Below are positions 1 to 14,600 of a stretch of DNA of 64,000 nucleotides, piece after piece; within the stretch, counting starts at the first letter, position 1; every line of letters starts with the position of its first letter. The notes under the pieces are model-generated. The model made no database searches. It was not told where the DNA came from and saw only the letters and a list, made by a program, of their open reading frames with translations. The position numbers and the translations under genes are program-made. The DNA is from Geosiphon pyriformis uo1 (Eukaryota; Fungi; Glomeromycota). The DNA lies in assembly GCA_016748015.1 (NCBI GenBank), contig JAAOMT010000230.1:160669-224668 (forward strand). Reading direction: 5' to 3'.

Positions 1-2330
1 TATTGAAGAGCATCCATGACCAGAACTTTGACTGGAATGGTAATTCCGTCAATTGTAAATAAGAAGTTGTCAATTTCTCCTACTGGAGTCTTTTTCATGC
101 CATCAGCAGTAACAATGATTGTCTGAGCTGGTCGGTCAATATTTCTCTTTAGCTGCTGCATCAATTGATATGTGATGATGCTTCCGGTAGATCCACTGTC
201 TAGGATCAAGTGAATTGGCTTTCCTTCTACTTTAGCTTTTGTGTACATTGCAGTGATGGCTTTTTGCTCGTTAGCTGCTGCATTGCTAAGCAAGAATGGT
301 GATTTATTTGCTTCAAATTCAAAAGAGAATATATCTGAAAGGTTGGCATTTTTAGCAATTCTGGCTGGTGGGATTGTGATAGGAGTATAGGAAGGATTTT
401 GTTGTCGTGCTGCAGCTCTACCTTCCAAGAGTGCAGTATAGTGAAAATTCTGTTCTTCAGGTATTGTTAAATAACTGGGTTGAGTGTAATAGTGGTTGGG
501 TCTTGGTTGAGTGGAATTTCGGGGAACCAATTGGTTGTTCAAACTGATTCTATTGTTGTTTTCTTGGTATCAGTTTTGTGGTGTAAATTGATTTTGTGTA
601 ATCAATCTTTAAGCAGGTACCTGATAATGTGGCATGGGTGATTGTTGGTATTGCTGTTGGATTGGCTGTGAAGTGGGCTGATAATAGTTATTTTGGTATT
701 GGGGTCTTGGTGGATAGTAAGCTGGTAGTGGTGGTTGATAATAAGATTGCTGTAGTGGAGGGTAACATTGATTACTTCTATTTTGTTGGTCTCATTGTAG
801 CTTTCTGCAATTTTTTTTCCAGTGGTCAGAGATTCCACAGTAATAGCAATTCTGAGGCTGGTTATTAGAGGATGATACAAAGTTGTTTTGATTCCATCTT
901 TGGGGTGGTTGATATCTTTGGGGTGGCTGTAGTTGTTGGTTGGTGAAATAGTTTTCGACTTTCTTTGCGAGTTGGTCAATTTTCTCTTCAGCTGTTGAAC
1001 TGGTTTCTCCAATGGCTAGGTTCACGAGTTTTGTATGATTGGCTTCTTCCATGGCCATTTTATATCTCTTTGCATGCTGAATGGCAGAGTTTAAATCTTC
1101 TGGGGCATGTGGGCAAACCTTTTTAATCAGTTTATTCTTTAAACCAGCAATAAATTAATCCAAGATTTGAGCATTAGAATAATAATCATTAGTTTCAAGT
1201 TGGCAAATTTGTCTGAGAAGTTTGTTGAATTTCCCAATATAAGTCATGACAGATTCAGAGGGTTCTTGTTTGATATTGCGAAAATGATTTTGAAGTGTGA
1301 TTGAGGTGTTGTTATCAGTAAATTGTTCTAAGAAGGCAGTTTTGAAAGCTGTCCAGTCATTAAAAAGGGTGGTCAAGTTTTCAAACCATTTGCCTGCTGT
1401 TTTTTTGAGAAAGTAGAGAATTGTTCTTAACATTCTGGCAGCATTCTATCTATTTGCATCTCCAGCTTTAGTAACTTGGTCGAGCCATTCTTGGGGACTG
1501 GTTTCAATGTCTTCTCCATTGAATTCAGGGATTTTTGTGATGTATGCTGTCATTTTGTCTTCTTCGTTTTTACTGTCTATTGATTCTTCTTTAGATATTA
1601 CAGAGTCGTTTTCTTTGTTCACTGCTGTCTCAGAGTGTTCACTTCAATTTTCAGCTAGAAAGTCAAGGAGATTAGAACTAGTTTGAAGGGGTTCTTGTTG
1701 TTTGGTGAGACTTCTGAATGATGTAAAATCTTCTAGTCTTGTAAATTGATTTAAGGATGAATTAGGTGTTTGTGCTTGTGCAAGTGAAGCTAGAAAAGAT
1801 GTGATAATAAGTAGAAGTTTTGAACTGGTTCCTTGTTCAGGTGTTTGTAAGTGTTTGGCAGTTGTTTTTGGTAGTATTGGAGTATTTGTGGTGGTTTTTG
1901 AGTATTGCTTCAATTTTTGTTTGCATTTGTTGCTTGTTTCTGTCTTTGATTCAAAATCAATAGAGTATTGAGACTGTACTGGATATGTTTCTTTACAGTA
2001 CTTGATAATGTTAAAATTAAGTTCTTGAAAGTAAGTGGCAAGTGTTTCACTGTTAAGGTCTTTAGTTCCCAACTGTGAATAGTGTACTAAATTATTGTAA
2101 AGGTTGCTTTTAACTTCTGAGATATTGTAATTTCTAAAAAGATAATTGTTGATGTGGTTTTCAATGTATTGGTATACTGATTTCTTGACAACTTCAATTC
2201 CATCTGGAATGTTGAATCTTTGCTTGCAGTGGGTGTAAATTGATTGGTAATACTCTAGAGTTGTTACATCTGGTGTGGTCACCACTTTGAAGTTGTTTTT
2301 GCTGTGTTGTTTCTGTGAGAGAGCACCAAA
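1..2330 (-). pseudogene. Gag-protease region of element A, interrupted by stop codons
   Basis: ORF pieces 1644-2285, 1155-1433 and 792-1058, plus protease motif DSG at ~190-210. Stops fall at Gln/Trp/Arg codon positions. Confidence 0.85.
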
Positions 2331-3299
2331 TATTACCGGAGGTTTTTGGTCTCTTCTTAGCTCTTGTATGTTTGTTGTAATGCTGTTAATTCATGACTAT
2401 GGGAAGTGTTTGAACCTCTGATAACTGAATTTTATCTTCAAATTATCTCCTATAATTTGAACTGCTGGGCTTATAAGTGGAATGGCCAATTCTATACCAG
2501 TTGCTTTGTGTAGTTGCATTGTAGTAAATGTCAACTCTTTTCCAGAAATTGCTTGTCTGGAAGCTCACTAAAAATGTGTAGTTACTTTGCTGTAAAAGTC
2601 AACTCTTCTACAGGAATTTTGTCTGTAGACTATCCTAATGATTGTAATAAAAAAATACAAGAAAATAAAAAAAATGTAAAAGAAATAGAATTCTGTCAAG
2701 GGAAACGTTTTTTATCCAGGCCTGGAGTCACTAACAGATTACTGAAATTGGTAGCTAATTAATTTCAAAATGTTAGTTGTGTCGAGGGAATTTCAAGTGT
2801 AATAATTAAAGAATTTGGTTTTTTGAATTATTTGATATTTATTTCTTTTTGTGTGTGTAGGAATGGTTCTAAGTAATAAATCTAAAATAAGATACATTTT
2901 CTCAAAGAGAGAAGCTCTTCTTTTATACAACTTGTCATAACACTATTTTGAACTTTGCTCTTTTCTACAATTTTGCTGAACTAAAGATACATTTCGGCAA
3001 ACTACAAGTTATTTCTGTGAACTATTAGATATTTCAGTGAACTATCAATTATTTTGGTGAATTTTTACCAATTTTGGCAAACTTTTTGAATGTTATATAG
3101 TTCGGGGTATTGCATGATTGATCATTACAATTAGATTATATTTATGTTATGTGCAAATTGGGTTATTAATTAAATGATAATTTTGAATATTTTGCTAATA
3201 TAATAAGTGATAATTTAAACAATAATATATGCTAATTAATGATAGGAGTTATAAAGATAATTTCATGCTAAATATTATCTCTAATTTCGTCTGGTAACA
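2331..3299 (-). repeat. 5' LTR of element A (~970 bp)
   Basis: TG...TA(CA) termini; aligns end to end with the solo LTR at 9157-10080; TATAAAA at ~2921-2927 (minus) lies downstream of a TTC-N3-GAA-like repeat array. Confidence 0.85.
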
Positions 3300-3930
3300 G
3301 CGACATCTGATTGGATCTAGCTTTTATATATGGAGGAAACTCCAAAACACTATTATCATCACTTATATAATCAAATAAAGGCTGCTTTAGCAGATGGTCC
3401 AACATGTAAGTATAGGTTCAAGTCTTCCTGAGGGTAGTGTCATCTATATTCTTATATTCAACTGAAGCATCCAAATCTGCATAGCTCATTTCTTCTGCTA
3501 CTGTGTTTTTCATGTTCTTAACATCAGAAAGACCACTAACACTACTCGCAATACTACCCACCTTATTACTCCAAAACACTACAGATTTAACACCAGTGCC
3601 AACAAGGTGATTCATGCTCAAAGGGCTAATAGATGAGTCAACAGTATCACTGGTGACAGGCTTCCTTGGCTTTTTATGAGACACACTATAGAAGTATACA
3701 CTATTCACACAGTTTTTTTTTGCACTCAAACAAGTCTCCAAACCAGTCGAACCAGTGCTAAGCCCACCAGCAGATGTGCTTATTGGCTTTATCACAACAA
3801 ATACAAGTATGCTTGAAGAAATAGCTGATAAGAACAAAGAGAAAGGAGAAAAGGAATACTACAGCTTCAAGAAAAAAAATTTTCACTCTCGTCGTGGTCA
3901 GGGAATTAACAAGAGAAAAAGTTTTTTCCT
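3300..3930 (-). mobile_element. 5' end of a LINE (5' UTR and start of ORF1), cut by element A
   Basis: ORF 3418-3837 is homologous to the N-terminus of ORF1 at 16251 (SAGG...GLET...KK...MKNTVAEE.SY). It shares the 5' motif CCCTGACCA(C/T)(G/A)ACGAGAGT with 16150-16168. Confidence 0.85.
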
Positions 3931-5164
3931 AAATTATATTTTTAATTTAGAAAAAAAATATAAATATATAAAATAATATTATAATAAATTATATTAAAAA
4001 AAACTTTTTTTTTAAGAAAATATATCTTTTTTAGAAATTATTTTAGCTTAAAATAAATAAATAATTACTATAAATCAATTTAATAAATTCATAATTTAAA
4101 GTTTTTACTAATTATTGTTTAAAATTATAATTAATTTAATTATTAAAGATAATATTAAGATTTTTTATATAAAATTTATATTTTAAGATTTTTTAAATAT
4201 TGTTATACAAAATAAACTTACCAATTTACTTTTTTTTACTTTAAAAATTGCAAAGTTTTTTATGGTTTTTGTTGATTTTTTTTCTTTTTTAGCTGTTGTT
4301 TTTTATGATGTTTTTTTTAATATTATTTTTAATAATATTAAAATTGTCTTAAATGTTTTTAATAAAATTATTTTTATTAAGTTAAAGTTTATTAATTTGT
4401 AACTATATGCTATTTATTTTAAATTTTTTGTTATTATTAATATTATTTTTGTTTGCTAATTTGTATTAATAAAAAAATATTATTAAACTTTTTTTAGTTA
4501 TTTATCATAAAATTATTGTCTTTTAAAAAACTTTTAAAACTAAATTAATCAAATTTTTTCTAATTATATAGTTTTTAAAATTAGCAAATTGGTTTTTTAA
4601 TTTAATAATTGTATTTGTTTTATTTATTTATTTTTTAATTCTATTTGACAATTATAATATATAATTATTATATTTGTTTTTAAAAAAATTTGAATATTAT
4701 TATTATAAAAACTAGTATTTTAAAAAAGTATTATATTTAATAAAAAACTTTTAAATATTAATACTATTTTAAATACCAAAAATTTAAATATTTGATTAGT
4801 GTTATTATTATTTTTTTTTAGGTTTTTTTTAAGTTTACTATTAGTTCTAAAATTTTTAATTTTTTTTATTAGTGTTAAATTTTATGTTAAAACTTTTATT
4901 CTATTAATTTTTTATTATTATTTTGTTAACTGTTTTTTTTGTTGTTATTATTGTTAATTTTATAATTAGTTTTTATTTGGTTTTTTTAAAATTTAATATG
5001 ACTTATTTAATTTTATTAATTTTATTAATTATTAAATTTATTGATATTTTAGTTTAATTAATTATTAAAATAATTAATATTTCTTTAAATTTAATTACAA
5101 AATTGAAAAATTTATGTTTTAATCTTTAAATTAAATTAAATAGCATTAATAAGTTTATAACTAA

Positions 5165-6026
5165 ATATGAAAAGAGACATAGATTGAATTTAAAACATCT
5201 TGGTTTAGCACTCTAATTTACATATGGTGGCTGGTTATACAAGTAAACCAATTATTGATTTGTACTCATATTTTATAAAAGCTCTGCATCATTGTCTGCC
5301 AATTGTTATTTGGAAGTATTTGTATGATAAGAAATATCCCAATATATTATGTCTTTATTGTAGAGAGGTAGAAACTTCTAACCATTCCTTTATATATCTG
5401 TTTGATTCTGGTGCTTATAAGAACCTGTTTAGTATGGGTTCAGTTGAGTGGAAAGCCATATTGGACTTGAATTTGCTATTATCTTATGTTTTGCAAATGC
5501 TTTCTTTGTGTGGTTCTGATAGTGCTGTATATACTGCTTTGTGTAAAGACTATGTGTTTAAAGAATGGTGTTTGAAAGCTGTGTCTTTTTTTGATAGTAT
5601 TATAATTGTTAATATTAAGGTAGTTGATTTTGTACAGAGTTTGAAGATGATTTACCAGATTGAAATATGAATGATTAAGGCTAAATACAGATTAATAATA
5701 ATAAAAAAAGGTCTGATTATACATAATAGGTCAATATCTTCTATAGTTTGTGATCTGTTAACTCTGCTTTCTGATAGTATTGTTAAGTTGCTTGAGATTG
5801 TGAAGACACATGGTGTTAGTTTTGGTTTTTGAAAGCTCTACAGTTTTTTTTCTGGTACTAATAGTGCTGTGGCTGTTATTATAGATTTATAGTGTTGCTC
5901 TGATTGGCCTAAGTAACTGGTTATGTATAAAAAGTGCATGATTTGTACCTAGTTTAGATTACTTGGTTTGATGTATTGTGCTAAGTAGCTTTTGGGTCTT
6001 ATTTATTAATAATAATAATAAAAAAA
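5165..6026 (+). mobile_element. 5'-truncated LINE (ORF2 C-terminus, 3' UTR, A-rich tail)
   Basis: ORF 5224-5670 is homologous to the ORF2 end at ~22200-22700, including the Zn motif CLYC...H. The conserved 3' UTR lies at ~5893-6010. Confidence 0.85.
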
Positions 6027-9000
6027 TAATTAAATTAAATTTAAAAATTATAAAACACAAAATTAAGTTTAAATATAATATTAATATTTTAAACATTGCT
6101 GTTAATAAAAAAATATATACTTAAATAATAGTTTTATAAAATTATAGTTATTTAATATTAAATTTTGTGCTAATAAAACTGTTATATAATTAATAATTTA
6201 ATAAAAAACAATAGTTTATTAGTTATTTATATACAAAAAATGGCTTTTTAGTATATATATTTTTAATTAGATTTAATTTAATTTAATTTAATTTTAAATT
6301 AGTTTAAATAATTAATTATATGTAAAAAGTAAATAAATTATAATTATATAAAGTTTTTTGTATTTTATATTATAGTTAATAATTGATTATATTTAATTAA
6401 AACAATAAGTATTAATTTTTATTGATTTTTTATTTACAATAAAAATATTAAGATTTAAAAAAAATAAGTTTGTTTTTACACTTTTTTTTTCTGTTTTTTT
6501 TTCTAAAACATTTTTTTAATACAAATCTATTCATAATTATAAAGTTGGCTGACAGTTCAGTTAAAGTTGTAAATATTGAGAAGAGTAATATAAAAATTTA
6601 CTCTGGTCAAAAAAAAAACTATAATATTTATGTCTATAATTTAAAAAACTTCAATAAATATTTCAAGAAACTTACTGTTAAGTCTAGTATTGTAGATTTT
6701 TTAATTGAATTTTTGGTAATAAATGTGTTAAAAAGTAATGATATAATTAAACAATATTTTTGGAACAATAAAGTTAAAAGTAAAAGAGAGAGCTTTAGTA
6801 AAACATCTAATCTAAAAAATTTAAAAAACATAATAGTTAAAAAAACAAGCTATTAATTCAAATAGCTTAAGCAATAATAATAAACCTATGAATAAAATTA
6901 TGTTTAAAGGAACTTACATCAAAATTTACAACTTGGTTGTACTCTTTAAGAAAATATTGTTTAGTAAAATAAGTAATAATAAACTTTTTAATTTATTACT
7001 GTTTATATTATTAATAGCAGTATAAACATAATTTTAAATATCAAAAAAAGTAAAAGTTTTGTATTAGTTAAGTTATTTGTGATAGATGTTGGTTTTGTTG
7101 CAATTTTTGACAAGTTTTTAAACTATAAAATAGTTTTTTAAAAAATTTTTTACAAAATTGATAATTTTAGAAAAGCATCAATTTTGTCAAAATTTTAAAC
7201 CATTATTAAAATATTTTTTATATTTAAACCTAGTTTAAAGGCTGTTAAGCAGCTAGTTGTAAGTAAAAAAATTTTTGTTAATATTAATTTAAAAAAAATT
7301 AACAATAAATTAAATTAGAAAATTGTTGTCAAGAAGATTTTAGTAGATTTTTCTAAATTAGCACTTAAAGTAATATTTTCTAAATTTGTTAAAATTGTTT
7401 TTATTAAAACACAGTTAATTGGTCTTTAGCAGAAAATGTTTTTTAAGTTTAAAAGTTTTAAAATTATTAATTTGGTGTTTTTTAAATAGTCAATTTTTTT
7501 AAACAAGAATTTAATATGTATAACAAAAGCCAATATTAACAAACAGTTGTAAAATAACAAAAATTATTATAATGTTTTTATATATATACTGCCAATAGGC
7601 ATAATTATTCATAATATTTCTGATTTAGTTTTATTCTATAGTAAAAAAACATGTATTATTACTTATAATTTAATCTTATATATACAAGTATATTATGCTA
7701 TTGTGTATTTTAACTTTACCAAAACTAAAAATGCTGTTATATTTTTGATTCCAGTTTTTAAAGGTGTTAATCTGGCTTGGACTGGGCTTTCTAATCTTAT
7801 TTGTGTTAAGTATAGAAAAACTGGTTATATTTTCAATATTTATAAACCAAGTTTAAAAACTTTTAATTAAAGCTTAAAAAAAATCTTACTAATTTTAACA
7901 AAAAGTGTTTTGCCATAATATATACAAAAAAATAGGCTTTAATATCTCATTTAATCTTTTTTAATAGTATAACATGGGCTTTTGTAATAAATAACAGTTT
8001 AAAACATCTTTTTTTTAAGTTATTAATTGGTGCTTTTTTGGTAGATATATTGATTAGCAGTTTTAAAAAAAATATTGTTGTTTTAATTTTGGTTTTTAGA
8101 CTAAACATTTTTGAACACTTCTTAAAACTTTTGTCTAATTATGTTATAAATATTTTTTGTCAACTTAATATTTTTTTTCAGTTATTTTTTAATTATATTG
8201 TAGAAATATCTATTTTAATACTGTTTTTGTTATTAGATATAATTATTAATAAGTTATTGCTTATTTTTCCAATTTCATGTGTAATTTTTAATATCTTTTG
8301 AAACATGTTTTTTAGTAGATCCAAAGTTTTAACAGCCAAAATTGGTAGTTTAAAAACTAATATAGTGGTTTTAAAAGATTTAATTAAAATTATTTTAAAT
8401 AAATTAGAGTCTCTTAATTTAGATAATAATATAATATCTTTTTTTTATTTTCAATAAATAATTTAACTTGGAAAATAGCTATGTATAATATTAGAAAAAT
8501 AAATGTTTTTGCCAAGCAAGATGATATTATTAAGTGGTATAAAAAATTAAAAAATAATATTTCAATTATTATTAAAACTAAACTCTATTCTAATGTCAAA
8601 TTTTGAATTACAAATAAGTTTTTAAGTATTAAAGTATTTATTTCTGGTTTGAATTCCAGATATTTTAGTATTAGTATTGCTTTAATTATAAATAAACAGT
8701 TAGCTAAACATGTTTCAAATATTTTGAAGATTTTTAATAGGCTTTTATTGATTCATTTATTATTTAAAAACAAAAAATCAGTTTTTGTATTAGGATTGTA
8801 TACAAATGTATTTTTGAAAAATATTTAAACCAAGCTGTTATTATTTATTTTTTTATAGTTTGTGTATACAATAAAAGTATTTTTGTTATTTTAAAAGATA
8901 ACTTTAATAAAAATAGTTTTAAGCATAGTGTTAATTTCAAAAAACGTGTTAATTTAGATTTAATTAATTTGTTAATTAGTAGTTTATGTATTAAGTTTTT

Positions 9001-9156
9001 TATTTAAAAAAACTTTAGAAACATTAAAAAAACTATTGACTTTATTTTTGTTTTACTTAATTTGGTAAATATGTTAATTAATAAAAAAGTCACATATGTA
9101 AGTAAATTTTTCAATACTAATTACAATGCTGTTTATATTATTATTAATCTTAATGA

Positions 9157-10080
9157 TATTACTAATAGAAATTTGAAATATTATTTAATATAAAATTATT
9201 TTTATAATTCTTATCATTAATTAGTATATATTATTGTTTCAATTTATTACTTATTATTTTATCAAATTATCTAAATTACTATTTAATTAATAATTCAGTT
9301 TATACAGAACACAAATATAACTAAATTGTCATGGTCAGATTATATAATACACCAAATTATATAATATTTAAAATTTGCCAAAATATTTAATAATTTAACA
9401 AAATATTCAATAGTTTATTGAAACAATTAATAATTTGTAAAAATAATTTGTAGTTTGTTAAAATATATTTTTAATTTATTAAAATAATAACAAAGAAAAA
9501 AGTACAAGTTTACAGATTAATATTATAACAAATTATATAAAAAAAGAACTTTTTTTTCAAAAAAAAATATTTTACTTAGAATTAATCTTTTTTAGACTTA
9601 ATTATCTTTTTATACTTGTTGTAAATCAAATAAAATCAGATTTTAAAAACAACAAATTTTTTGATTATTATATTTAAAATTAATTAGTCATTAATTTCAA
9701 TAATCTGTTAATAACTCTAAGCCTAAACAAAAAACAATTTTTTTAATAAAATTTTTATTTTTTATTTTAAATACATTAGAGTAATTTATAGACAAGATTC
9801 TTGTAGAAAAGTTGACTTTTATAGCAAAATAACTACATATTTTAGTAAGCTTTCAGATAAGTATTTCTTGAAAAAAGTTAACTTTTACTATAAAGTAACT
9901 ATATAAGTAACTAGCTTAAAGTTGGTTATTTTACTTATAAGTTTAGTAGTTTAAATTATAAAAGATAATCTAAAAATAAATTCAATTATTAAAAGTTTAA
10001 TTGTTTTTCATAATTATAAATTAACAGTAACAAACCATTTACAGACAGTAAAAAAAAGAGACCAAAAACCTTCAATAATA
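9157..10080 (+). mobile_element. Solo LTR of family A, with 4-bp TSD ATGA
   Basis: Reverse-complement homologue of 2331-3299; ATGA at 9153-9156 and 10081-10084. Confidence 0.9.
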
Positions 10081-11198
10081 ATGATTTTTTAAATCTAGTT
10101 TTAAGAATTTTTTGTATACAACTTAATAAAAATTGATAGAAATTTAATATAAAAAATACTAGTAATATAAAATAAAAATTGTTTAGAATTTTAATTTTTA
10201 ATATTTTATTATGTTTATTAATAATTTTATTACTGTAAAAAAAATTTTGAACATAAATAAGTTGTAAAATATTGTTCATAAAGTAGTTGTTTCTTTAACA
10301 AATAAGATTTTTTCCAAGTTTTAGTTTAAAATTTACAATAGTGTTTTTCCAAAATCTTTATTTTATTTTTACAAATTGGAATTTTTGGTTTCTAAATTGG
10401 TTAAGACATTTTATTTAATTCTAAGTAACATGTTTAATTTACTTTTAAGACTTTGAATTTTTTTAGATATAAACAATATTTCTGGTATAAAAGTGTTTAT
10501 TAATTCAGATACTTGTTTTAATACTGTTTAATTTGCTTTATTAAAGGTTAAAAAGTTGTATTGGAGTTTTAAAATAGTGGAACTTTAGTATGCTAAAAAG
10601 ATTTTTATTAAATTTGTTATTAATAGATAGATAAAAAGTTTTAAAATAAACAAAAACCATACTATTTAAAGTGTTCTAAGGCATTTTTTTTATAAAATAG
10701 TATTGGATTATTTGGTTGTTGAAAAAAAATTGGTATTAAAGTCTAAGTTAATTAAATCTAAAGTAAATTTTATTATAGAAGATTAAATAAATAAACATAA
10801 AATATTAAATGTAATGTCTAAAGTATGATATTATTAGTATTTTTTTCTAAATTATGTTGTTAATAATACTTTTTTTGGTATCATGTCTATTAATTTTGGT
10901 AAATTATTAAAGATAATATTAAATTTGTTTAATAAAAAGCAGTTGACTTTTCTGATATCTTAAATAAGTTATGAAAACATTATAACAGAATAGTATTAAA
11001 TATGTTTTTAGATCTATTAAACTTGTGTTTAGTATATAAATTAATTCTATAATCTTAAAAAAAGACTTTAATTTCAATAATCTTTAAAGCTTATGAATTG
11101 AAAAATATTTTAATAAATATTTATCTTATTGCTTTAATTAAAACAGCTTAGAAAGTTTTTTTTAAAATTCTTTTTGATAAGATTTTTTTAGTATACAG

Positions 11199-11528
11199 TG
11201 TTATAAGTAATTATTTAAAATATTAAAACAAATAACAAACTTATAACTTAGTATTTAATAGCTGATAATATTGATAATTTCTAAAGGTTTTGGAATTTGA
11301 AAGTTTTGGTTAAGTTTTTTGTATAATGAACAGAGATTCAATTAATAATTTTTTCTGTGAATTTTTTTCTTTAGTGTGGTAGCAGATTTATTCTGACAGT
11401 TATGTCTTTTTAGTAAACTATCCTTAAATTTTTACCTTTATTTCTGGGTTTTTTACCAAGCTATCCTTAATATCAAATACTTAGTAATTAATTTCTTTAA
11501 TTAATTAGTAAATAACAAAGAAATAAAA

Positions 11529-11606
<78 letters not shown>

Positions 11607-14600
11607 AGAAATTAGTATTCTGTTAATAGTCATAATTAAGAACTATTAGTCCAATATAATTAAGTATTAGATTTTATTAACATAGAATGTTGATAATAGA
11701 AAAATAATTAATATTTCTTTAATCAAATAATAATAACATAAATTTGATAATAATAAATAATTTTACTTTAAGTTATAGAAAATTATTTTTTAAAAAAAAG
11801 AGTATTGTTCTAAATTAATTTGAACTCTATTGAATTCTTCTAGAATTATTTTTTTTGCTTTTAATACTCTCATTATATATATATAATTTATGTTATATAA
11901 AATTCCTGGAAATTCTGCAATTTTTCAAAAGAATCCTGGAATTTTTTATTTTACTATGTTTATTTCTAATTGGTTATTTATTTATTATTATAATTCTTAA
12001 TTTTTATAAGTAATATTATTTCCTCTTTTTAATATTGAACTCTGTTAAGATCTCCTAAATCTCTTAAATTTATATTGGTATGTGAATAAGATTTCAATTT
12101 AATAGCAGTTTTTCTTAGATATTTGAGATTAAACTTTGTATTAGTATTATATATGTATTTTGGCTTAATACTTTTATCTTTATTGTTGAACCATTTAAGT
12201 TTCTGCTTTTTTAAAAAATCTAAGAGCACAATATATTATTTGGAATTGTAATTAAAGTTTGAATTATTATTATTATTATTATTATAGTAAATGATATTAA
12301 AACTGTTGTTGTTATTGTCAGAGTTTGAATTGCAATTGAATTTCAATTCTGATTCCAAAGCACACTTACTAATTAGTTTTTTTTTTGAGAATTAAATAGA
12401 TCATATGTGATGATTGATTGTAAATAAAGTCACAATTATCACAATATTTGAAGTTATTGAGAATTAGATAATGTTTACAGAGTCTAGTGTTTAATTATTT
12501 TAAACACTGCTTTTGTTTTTTTTGAGTAGATGTTAGATCTTAGTAATAGAGTAATTTTTTTCTTAATTCTAACAAGTATAGAATATGCCAACTATTATTT
12601 GTTTTTTCTGTAGAGGTGGTGGCTTGCAATTTGTCCTCTTTTTTTTCTTTTCTCTTGTTATTCCAAAAAAGTATTGGTAACAGTTTATTGTGTTCATTTT
12701 TAGCTTATAAGACTTAATAAACTTTTCAAATAGGTTTTTTTTTTTCAAACTTGATTAGTGGTAATTAGGTGGTAATTAGGTAATAATGTTTGTTTTAAAG
12801 TAGTTATAAGTAACAGATATCTGAGTTTGTTAATTATTTTGACTGGGCTGTAGCTCTTATGTAGTCTAATTGAGCATAATATTGGTTTTAAACAGTCAGT
12901 TATTACTAATAAAAGCTTGATATTATATGGCTTCTATGACTAAAATCTTAATTGGTATAATAATGCTATTGACTTTGAACAGAAAGTTATTAATTTTGCC
13001 AATAGAAGTTTTTATTGTTTCATTGGCTATAATAAGTTCAGCACTAGCAGTATAATCAACTTGGTAACCTAATTAATTTATAAGTTGTTATATAATAATA
13101 CTGTTTGCTAATCTACTATTAAGAATTAGCTTAATAGATTGGCTATCAACTTTGGCATTAGTATACATAATGGTTATTAGTTTGGTGTCAAGAATAGCTC
13201 TATTAAATAGAGGTGTTATTGCTAATTTTTTTAATTCAAAAGAAAAAATAATTGCGAATAACTTGTTTTTAGTAATAGTTGCTGGTAAAATATTATTAAT
13301 GAATAGTGTTAAGTCAGTTTCCAAGTTGTTAGATAAGTTGTTTTTTGAGGTAATCAAGAAACTTAAATAGTTTTAAGAATTTGGGTTTTGGGTGTATCTA
13401 CTTTTTGAACTTCACTATTGTAATCTTAATGGCTAATTTGATAAACTAGAAATTGATTAGTGCTTTATTATTACTGATTGCCAGTTCTGTTAGATGTGTG
13501 TAATTTTTGGTCTTTGATTTTTAATTGCCATTTAATCTTAATTTTGTGGTGGTGTTTGAATTGGTTGAGATTAATAAATTACTTGTGGCTGTAATTGATA
13601 GATTATTAGTACTAAAGTCTAATAAACAGAAGATATATATATTGTTTATTATATTATTGGTGTATAATAGGGTTGATATGGTTCTAATAATAAATTGTTA
13701 ACATAATTTTGGGTTTGAAATTTGTGATCAGAGTTTTAATATTGATTTTTTGATTGTTGGCTATTAAATCTAGAATGGCAATCTGCTTTTAGATAGTTTT
13801 GTTTATTACAATAATAACAATTATGTATTTTTTATTATTATGATTGATTTGATGATAATAATAATAAACATGATAGATTTTGAAAGTGATTGGAGTTTTC
13901 TTGATTGTTACAATATTGTAAAAACTAATAAATTGCTTGATTGTTAGTTAAGTATCTCTCTAATTTCTGGTTGATATTGGTGCTGGTTTTCTGTTGAATT
14001 ATATTTTATAGAGAGCATCAAATGTTATAAGTGATTATTTAGAGTGTTAAAACAAATAACAAATCTATAACTTGGTGCTCAATAGCTAGTAATGTTAGTA
14101 ATTTCTGAAAAGTTTGGAGTCTAAAAATTTTGGTTGAGTTTTTTATATAATAAACAGAGATTTAATTAATAGTTTCTTTTGTGAATTTTTTTTTTAGTAT
14201 GATGGTTGGTTTATTTTAACAGTTGTGTCTTTTTAATAAGCTATTTTTAAATTTCTATCCTTATTTTTAGGTTTTTTATCAGACTATTCTTAATATTAAA
14301 TACTTAGTACTTAATTTCTTTAATTAATTAGTAAATAACAAAAAAATAAAATAAAAAAAAATAAAAAAAATAAAAATAAAAATAAAAAATAAAAAATTAG
14401 TATCTTGTCAATAGCCATAATTAAAAACTATTGGTTCAATATAATTAAGTATTGAATTTTATTAAAATAGAATATTAATAGTAGAGAAGTAATTAATATT
14501 TCTTTAATTAAGTAATAATAATATGGATTTAATAATAATAGATAATTTTATTAATATAGGAATGATTTTACTTCAAGTTATAAAAAACTATCTTTTAAAG

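Larger units (their letters stand above)
1..3299 (-). mobile_element. Ty3/Gypsy LTR retrotransposon A, 5' part (LTR, gag, protease); continues beyond window start; inserted into a LINE ORF1
   Basis: Minus strand begins TGTTAC at 3299; LTR ends GTAATA at 2331, followed by TTTGGTGCTC (PBS). Downstream are a retrotransposon gag (FKTAFLEQFTDNN...KQEPSESVMTYIGKF), a CCHC knuckle CYYCGISDHWKKNC and an aspartic protease LILDSGSTGS. Confidence 0.9.

Noticed and set aside
2945-3090. Regularly spaced short repeats resembling a CRISPR array (also 34805-34920)
   Set aside because: Degenerate ~20-bp tandem units inside LTRs, with no unique spacers, no cas genes and a eukaryotic context.
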